Positions 27,490 to 32,000 of a stretch of DNA of 32,000 nucleotides are shown in pieces. Within the stretch, counting starts at the first letter, position 1; every line of letters begins with the position of its first letter. A program made the position numbers and the translations under genes. Below the pieces are notes generated by a model. That model was not told the DNA's origin, did no database searches, and saw nothing but the letters and a program-made list of their open reading frames with translations. This DNA comes from an uncultured Fusibacter sp. (GTDB taxonomy: Bacteria; Bacillota; Clostridia; Peptostreptococcales; Acidaminobacteraceae): NCBI GenBank assembly GCA_963666805.2, contig CAXXWR010000003.1:12087-44086 (forward strand), read 5' to 3'.

Positions 27490-27492
27490 TCC

Positions 27493-30225
27493 CTATTTTA
27501 AATTAAAGCGATCAATTAATGTTTCCATACTCATTGGCTTCGCCCCATAATAACCTTGATAAAAATCACATTTTAAATTTCTTACAAAGTCTAGTTGTTC
27601 TGCCTCTTCAATCCCTTCTACAACAATTTTAAGTCCAAGTTCTTTCCCCATACTGATAACTGCTTTGATAATTTTACCGTCATCTTTGTGAGGATAGTCT
27701 TCAATAAACACTTTATCAATTTTAAGCTCTTGAGCTTGTAATTTCTTTAAATATCCCAGAGAAGAATAACCTGTTCCGAAGTCATCAATAGACACTTCAA
27801 TATGCTCTCGATTGCATTTTTTTATAGCTTCATTAACCACTTGAAAGTCTTTAATTAAAGTCGTTTCCGTTATTTCAAAACACATCTTAATGCCTCTTTC
27901 CATTACTCTTTTCGCCGTTAAAATGATACGGTCTAAAGTCTCATTATTGGAAAATTCTATTCCCGAGATATTGACTGACAATCTTAATTGACAGTCAATC
28001 ATAAAGTGCTTGTCCATTAAATCATCGATTATTTCTAAGACTCTAATTGCCAATTGATGGATCTGTTCCGATTCTTCCAAAATAGGAATAAAAACATCTG
28101 GCGAAATAAGACCAAGTTCTTCATTTTTCCACCTTACTAGAGCTTCAAATCCCATTATTTCATTGCTATTAAGTGAAAATTGAGGTTGAAAGACAACAAA
28201 AAATTCGTCTCTATAAAATGCTTTTTCCAAATGTTTCCTCAAATTTTTTTCTTGTTTTAGCAAGTCTTGATATGAATCATCATAAATTAAATAAGAACTT
28301 TTCTTCAACTTAATCAAGGCTTCTAAAGCAATGACAGATTGGATGATCGACTCCATAATAGGTTCTGTTGTATGGTAAGCAACTCCTACTTGAAAGCTCA
28401 AATCAAATTGATTAAGGCCCATGGTATGTCTCATCTTAATGAAATGCTTTTTAAGCAAAGCAATCAAATCTTCAACACACATTTCTTGCTGATTTTGATA
28501 GTTTTCAAGGTGAGGATATTCGTGAGTCATCAAAACCATCAAGTCTGTTCTTGGAATGGCAACCGTGCTCATTAAGCCTTCCTCTTTTAGGGCATTTTGA
28601 AAGTTTTGAACAAATTGGCTATGAATATTTTGATTATTTTCAAGAATTTTTTTACCACTCCCAAGCAATTGCAGTGAGAAAATAAAAAAACCTTTCACAT
28701 CTTGATTAAGACTCACTTGTTGGGCAATCTTTTCAAACGATTCTTCATCCAAGTAAAAAATATTAGAATGAATTGGTTTGAAGGGACTCACTAAAGAGTC
28801 ATCTAACTCTGGATTTGAATAAATGCCAATATAATAAATAACCTTATCTTTTGAATCTCTGAGCACTTTTACTGTAAGATGTTTACAGATAAGTTGATGT
28901 CCTGCTGTTTCATTCCAAACATTTCCGTTCCACAAAATAGCTTCTCCAATTTCTTTTTTAAAGAAGCTTAGATTGCCCTTAAAAATGGTATTCATTTCTA
29001 GTCCACTGACATCAGAAAAACGATAACCAAAAATTTTTTCAAAAATATTGTTAACATAAACGATTTTCTTACTTGCATTTGCTATCATTATCCCCACATG
29101 AGAATTATCGGATATATAAGCTGACGTTAAGAGTGCAATTTGATGCCTTTCTTTGATTTTTAAGTACAATTGAATCAAATAGGCAATTATAGCACTTAAT
29201 AGGATGACTAGCAAACTTATAGGAATCAGATATTCTACCGAAGAATAATAGAGAAGTTTAAGATTAGTTTGGTCATAATAACCTAGTAAAAACCAAGACG
29301 TCTGGGCGTTTTCAAAAATATAATGTCCATTGTTATGGGGCATCACAGGATATATCGCATATTTTTGATCCTGATTCGAAAAATTAAAGATTGTATCCCT
29401 TGATTCAAGATTAATCAAACTAACCATTTGATTAATCTCGTCACGATAACCTTCTTTAACTGTCAAAGAAATCTCTGAATAATCATTTTCATTCTCATGA
29501 TTAAGTGACCAATAATTATTGGAGTCAATAAGGCCATAATTTTTATAGGCATCTTGCTTCATCCCATAGGATTCTACCACCTTAAGATAATCTAAACCAT
29601 CTACATTGACGATAATAATTCCCTTTTCACGCCCTTGCCTATCATACAATTTGACAGCAAATCTAATGGTCGGTTCATAAGGCAAAACAATAACACCTTT
29701 TTCAATATTAAGGTCAAAATCTGATATATAAAGGTCCTCATTTCCCATCTCCATAGCATTAGTAAAATAGTAGCGATTTGACTTGTCTTGCAACGCATTA
29801 TCTGCTACTACAGCTATCCCCTCATCAGTCTTATTGAGACGTATTTTTTCTTGACCTGTTTCATCCAAAAGTCTAATTTGAGTCAGAGCATTTTTGTTTT
29901 CACTATATGTATAAAATAAAGATAAAAGTGCTTCTTGGTAATCTTTATTTTGGTCATCATTAATATAATTTATAACTTCCACTGTTTTTGATAATGTCCC
30001 TAAATCTAAATACATTGAATGGATTTTATCTTCCAAATGATTTTCCATAGAATAAAGTGACTGGTTCATTTGAATATTCCATTCCTTATTCAACTGTTCT
30101 AACCGGTCTCTAGTAATATAGTAAATGACTCCCAACATAAGAACCGCGACAATGATACTGATTAGGATTGTTCTTAGCATTTGCACTTTAGACATAACAA
30201 CTTCATCTATTAATAAGTGTTTCAT
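27493..30225 (-). CDS. membrane sensor c-di-GMP phosphodiesterase: TM - Cache-like extracellular domain - TM - PAS - degenerate GGDEF - EAL
   Basis: TMs 'ILISIIVAVLMLGVIYYI' and 'LIPISLLVILLSAIIAYLIQLYL'. EAL catalytic set 'EALVRW', 'SVNISG', 'EITET', 'DDFGTGYSS', 'KIDK', 'EGIEEAEQ', 'QGYY'. The GGDEF position reads 'PRTDLMVL'. SD AAGGAGG. Confidence 0.9.
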   Translation of the reverse strand: MKHLLIDEVVMSKVQMLRTILISIIVAVLMLGVIYYITRDRLEQLNKEWNIQMNQSLYSMENHLEDKIHSMYLDLGTLSKTVEVINYINDDQNKDYQEALLSLFYTYSENKNALTQIRLLDETGQEKIRLNKTDEGIAVVADNALQDKSNRYYFTNAMEMGNEDLYISDFDLNIEKGVIVLPYEPTIRFAVKLYDRQGREKGIIIVNVDGLDYLKVVESYGMKQDAYKNYGLIDSNNYWSLNHENENDYSEISLTVKEGYRDEINQMVSLINLESRDTIFNFSNQDQKYAIYPVMPHNNGHYIFENAQTSWFLLGYYDQTNLKLLYYSSVEYLIPISLLVILLSAIIAYLIQLYLKIKERHQIALLTSAYISDNSHVGIMIANASKKIVYVNNIFEKIFGYRFSDVSGLEMNTIFKGNLSFFKKEIGEAILWNGNVWNETAGHQLICKHLTVKVLRDSKDKVIYYIGIYSNPELDDSLVSPFKPIHSNIFYLDEESFEKIAQQVSLNQDVKGFFIFSLQLLGSGKKILENNQNIHSQFVQNFQNALKEEGLMSTVAIPRTDLMVLMTHEYPHLENYQNQQEMCVEDLIALLKKHFIKMRHTMGLNQFDLSFQVGVAYHTTEPIMESIIQSVIALEALIKLKKSSYLIYDDSYQDLLKQEKNLRKHLEKAFYRDEFFVVFQPQFSLNSNEIMGFEALVRWKNEELGLISPDVFIPILEESEQIHQLAIRVLEIIDDLMDKHFMIDCQLRLSVNISGIEFSNNETLDRIILTAKRVMERGIKMCFEITETTLIKDFQVVNEAIKKCNREHIEVSIDDFGTGYSSLGYLKKLQAQELKIDKVFIEDYPHKDDGKIIKAVISMGKELGLKIVVEGIEEAEQLDFVRNLKCDFYQGYYGAKPMSMETLIDRFNLK

Positions 30226-30247
30226 TTATCCTCCTTACTATTTGCAA

Positions 30248-30272
30248 TAAAAAAGCATTCTTCATGAATGCT
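30248..30272 (-). terminator. rho-independent terminator after the GDT1-family gene
   Basis: agcattc (30254-30260) pairs with gaatgct (30266-30272). A U-run follows on the minus strand (plus aaaaaa 30248-30253). Confidence 0.7.
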
Positions 30273-30330
30273 TCTAATTTATTTATACACTTTTTTGCAA
30301 ATGTTTAAGCTCTATTTTTGTAATCCACTA

Positions 30331-31353
30331 TTATTTTGATTCATTTTGCTCAAGTATTTCCATATACGCTTTAATTTGTTCCAACACTGATTGATCCTTA
30401 TTTTCAAGTTCAGGTGTCTCTTCTAAAAAAGTATTTAACTCCTCTAAGTGAACTGCCACCAACTTAGACTCTAACTGCGGGACATACAAAGTGGACTGAT
30501 CTTTCAAAAGAGTCTGTGTTTCCTCACTGTCTAAAATATGGGTGACTACATTTTTACTATGTCCTATCATACACTGGTCACCACGACAAACGCCACACAG
30601 TGCTTCCCCTTGACAAAACAAATCAAAGTCAGATTGTAAATGCTGATAATACTGATATAACTTTTTGGCTGATTTTTCATAAGCTGTTTGATACCCTTCT
30701 TTTCTCCTTTTCAATTGTGGTTTCAATAGAATGAGTCCAATCACAGCTAAAATACTGAAATAGAGAACTCCATTAAGAGGCGTTAACCACTTAGAGTCTA
30801 AAGAATGGTATAACTTTAATGTCCCGAAGATAAAAAAGATAAGACTTGAAGCAATATTCATAAAAAAAGCAGGAATTTTGTTACCAAGTGTTCTTCCTAC
30901 TATAATCCCTAAGCTACCGGTTGCCAACATTCCTAGAACAGTTCCCACTAAAATGAGTGGTGGATGTTGCGCGGTTGTTGCTAATGTAATCGCTGTCAAT
31001 TGTGTTTTATCCCCTAGCTCGCCAATGAAAAAAGCAAAGGCCACTGTAAGTATTGCTCCTCGATGAGACGATTGGCTCTCTTCTTCTTCCTCATCTTCCG
31101 GTTTTAATGACCACAAAGCAAAAAGAACAAATAAGGCACCTGCTAATATCTGAACCTGAGTCACTGGAAAATTCGAACCAATTATACTGCCTAATAAAAC
31201 CGCTAAACCATGATTTAAAAATGCACCGATTCCAATGCCTAGTAAAACTTTTTTAACAGGATATTTCGTTGCAAACGTCATTGCTAAAATTTGTGTCTTA
31301 TCCCCCATTTCTGCTAAAAAAATCAAAATAAAGGCCTGAATGATCTCTCCCAT
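30331..31353 (-). CDS. UPF0016/GDT1 (TMEM165)-family cation (Mn2+/Ca2+) transporter with ~125-aa C-terminal Cys-rich extension
   Basis: Two 'E-x-G-D-K-T' motifs (LAEMGDKTQ, IGELGDKTQ) separated by the acidic loop 'PEDEEEEES'. C-terminal soluble tail contains 'CQGEALCGVCRGDQCMIGH'. SD GAGGAGG. Confidence 0.85.
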   Translation of the reverse strand: MGEIIQAFILIFLAEMGDKTQILAMTFATKYPVKKVLLGIGIGAFLNHGLAVLLGSIIGSNFPVTQVQILAGALFVLFALWSLKPEDEEEEESQSSHRGAILTVAFAFFIGELGDKTQLTAITLATTAQHPPLILVGTVLGMLATGSLGIIVGRTLGNKIPAFFMNIASSLIFFIFGTLKLYHSLDSKWLTPLNGVLYFSILAVIGLILLKPQLKRRKEGYQTAYEKSAKKLYQYYQHLQSDFDLFCQGEALCGVCRGDQCMIGHSKNVVTHILDSEETQTLLKDQSTLYVPQLESKLVAVHLEELNTFLEETPELENKDQSVLEQIKAYMEILEQNESK

Positions 31354-31401
31354 TTTTAAAATACCTCCTCATCGCACTCATTTCTCTTAGATTGTAGCAA
31401 C

Positions 31402-31545
31402 AAAAAAGACTTTTGGTTTAATGGTGAATATCACCATTAAACCAAAAGTCTCGCACCTTTATTATACATAAAGTGAATGAAACCAGGCTATTGCCAGTCT
31501 GTTGACTTCATTCATGAAAAATCATTGCTACTCCCTTTTCGCCAG
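31402..31545 (-). promoter_or_regulatory. yybP-ykoY (Mn2+) riboswitch with expression-platform terminator
   Basis: Minus strand: AAAAGGGAGUAGC ... GUCAAC ... CUUUAU-GUAU-AUAAAG hairpin ... GGUGCGAGACUUUUGG. The terminator GACUUUUGGUUUAAUGGUGA-UAU-UCACCAUUAAACCAAAAGUC plus U6 (31450-31402) shares CUUUU with aptamer P1. Confidence 0.85.
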
Positions 31546-31549
31546 AACT

Positions 31550-31578
31550 ATTATAACAGTTTAAAACTGCTCCGTCAA
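31550..31578 (-). promoter_or_regulatory. sigma-A promoter of the Mn riboswitch/GDT1 unit
   Basis: Minus strand: TTGACG (31578-31573), 17-nt spacer, TATAAT (31555-31550), with TG at -15/-14. It lies in the last codons of the upstream gene. Confidence 0.8.
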
Positions 31579-32000
31579 TTTATCTTCTTTTGATTCTTGA
31601 ATCAACTGTTCTCTCTTTTTCCTAAATTCAACAATCGGTAAATCACCCGGTATTAATTTTTCTTTCATTTTTAATTGAGAATAAGGCGGTATTTGTGTAA
31701 GAACCACTCTCCTATCTTGATGAAGAATAATGCGATTCATGACACTGCCCATCTCACAAATTAATTGATTAAGGATTGGAAGTTTGACAAACCGCTGATA
31801 AAAACGAAGATAAATGCGAGTATGTGTCTCATCAATAGGAACAAAAGCAGCAAAGATACGCATATCCTCTGTAATAACATTCTGCCAAATATTAGGCACT
31901 TGATAGCGTAATGCATTGAGTTTTTCAAATGCTTTAATATCTTTTGCTTTCTCTGGTTTTTTATGGCCATCATCTACTTCATTTTTAACATAAATTTTCA
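31561..32000 (-). CDS. 3' part of a gene whose 5' end is off-window; C-terminal region resembles Rieske-type (PaO/ring-hydroxylating-like) oxygenases
   Basis: My hand translation of the same frame from 31900 to the window edge (...KIYVKNEVDDGHKKPEKAKDIKAFEKLNALRYQ) shows no stop. 'PNIWQN...FVPIDETHTRIYLRFYQ...LHQDRRVVLTQ' recalls the catalytic-domain C-terminus of that family. This is from memory only. Confidence 0.4.
   Translation of the reverse strand, partial: KIYVKNEVDDGHKKPEKAKDIKAFEKLNALRYQVPNIWQNVITEDMRIFAAFVPIDETHTRIYLRFYQRFVKLPILNQLICEMGSVMNRIILHQDRRVVLTQIPPYSQLKMKEKLIPGDLPIVEFRKKREQLIQESKEDKLTEQF

Noticed and set aside
31761-31973. 70-aa minus-strand ORF in another frame near the window end
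   Set aside because: By my hand translation, the frame of ORF 31561-31899 stays open to base 32000 and carries the conserved-looking sequence. The alternative frame is a shadow ORF.
1-32000. Search for CRISPR arrays, transposases, integrases, phage genes, toxin-antitoxin pairs or defence-island gene sets
   Set aside because: I saw no direct-repeat arrays, no inverted-repeat-flanked ORFs, and no nuclease, ATPase or methylase-like genes. The only long repeat is the diverged EamA duplication. The window looks like core/metabolic chromosome rather than a mobile or defence region.

Overview
AT-rich, densely coding chromosomal segment that looks like Bacillota (Clostridia- or Erysipelotrichia-like): Shine-Dalgarno sites of the GGAGG type, sigma-A promoters, a T-box leader, a yybP-ykoY riboswitch and rho-independent terminators. 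I found no rRNA, tRNA, CRISPR, transposase, integrase or recognisable defence genes. Content from left to right: aconitase-family hydratase (5' end off-window); orphan cytoplasmic PAS-GAF histidine kinase; an unknown signal-peptide/C-terminal-anchor protein; a secreted LysM protein whose C-terminal part looks like a flavinylatable FMN-binding domain; a 7-gene LacI-controlled sugar locus (GH13 amylosucrase-like enzyme, CUT1 ABC binding protein, 2 permeases, LacI, PfkB fructokinase, GH65 phosphorylase); a monocistronic T-box-controlled MetRS-fold gene; Na/Pi-cotransporter/PhoU fusion; pseudoREC-REC-HD-GYP protein; DUF624-like membrane protein; hemerythrin; YbjQ-like protein; TPR/TM/propeller-like protein; EamA transporter plus a diverged, internally deleted tandem copy; Cache-PAS-(degenerate GGDEF)-EAL sensor; Mn-riboswitch-controlled GDT1/UPF0016 transporter with an extra Cys-rich tail; 3' part of a Rieske-oxygenase-like gene. 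The most unusual signal is the MetRS-fold gene. By my from-memory alignment, its methionine-pocket residues and its KMSKS motif are replaced. As I fold its T-box leader, no AUG sits in the specifier loop. All calls rest on reading the sequence and on remembered motifs; no searches were run.
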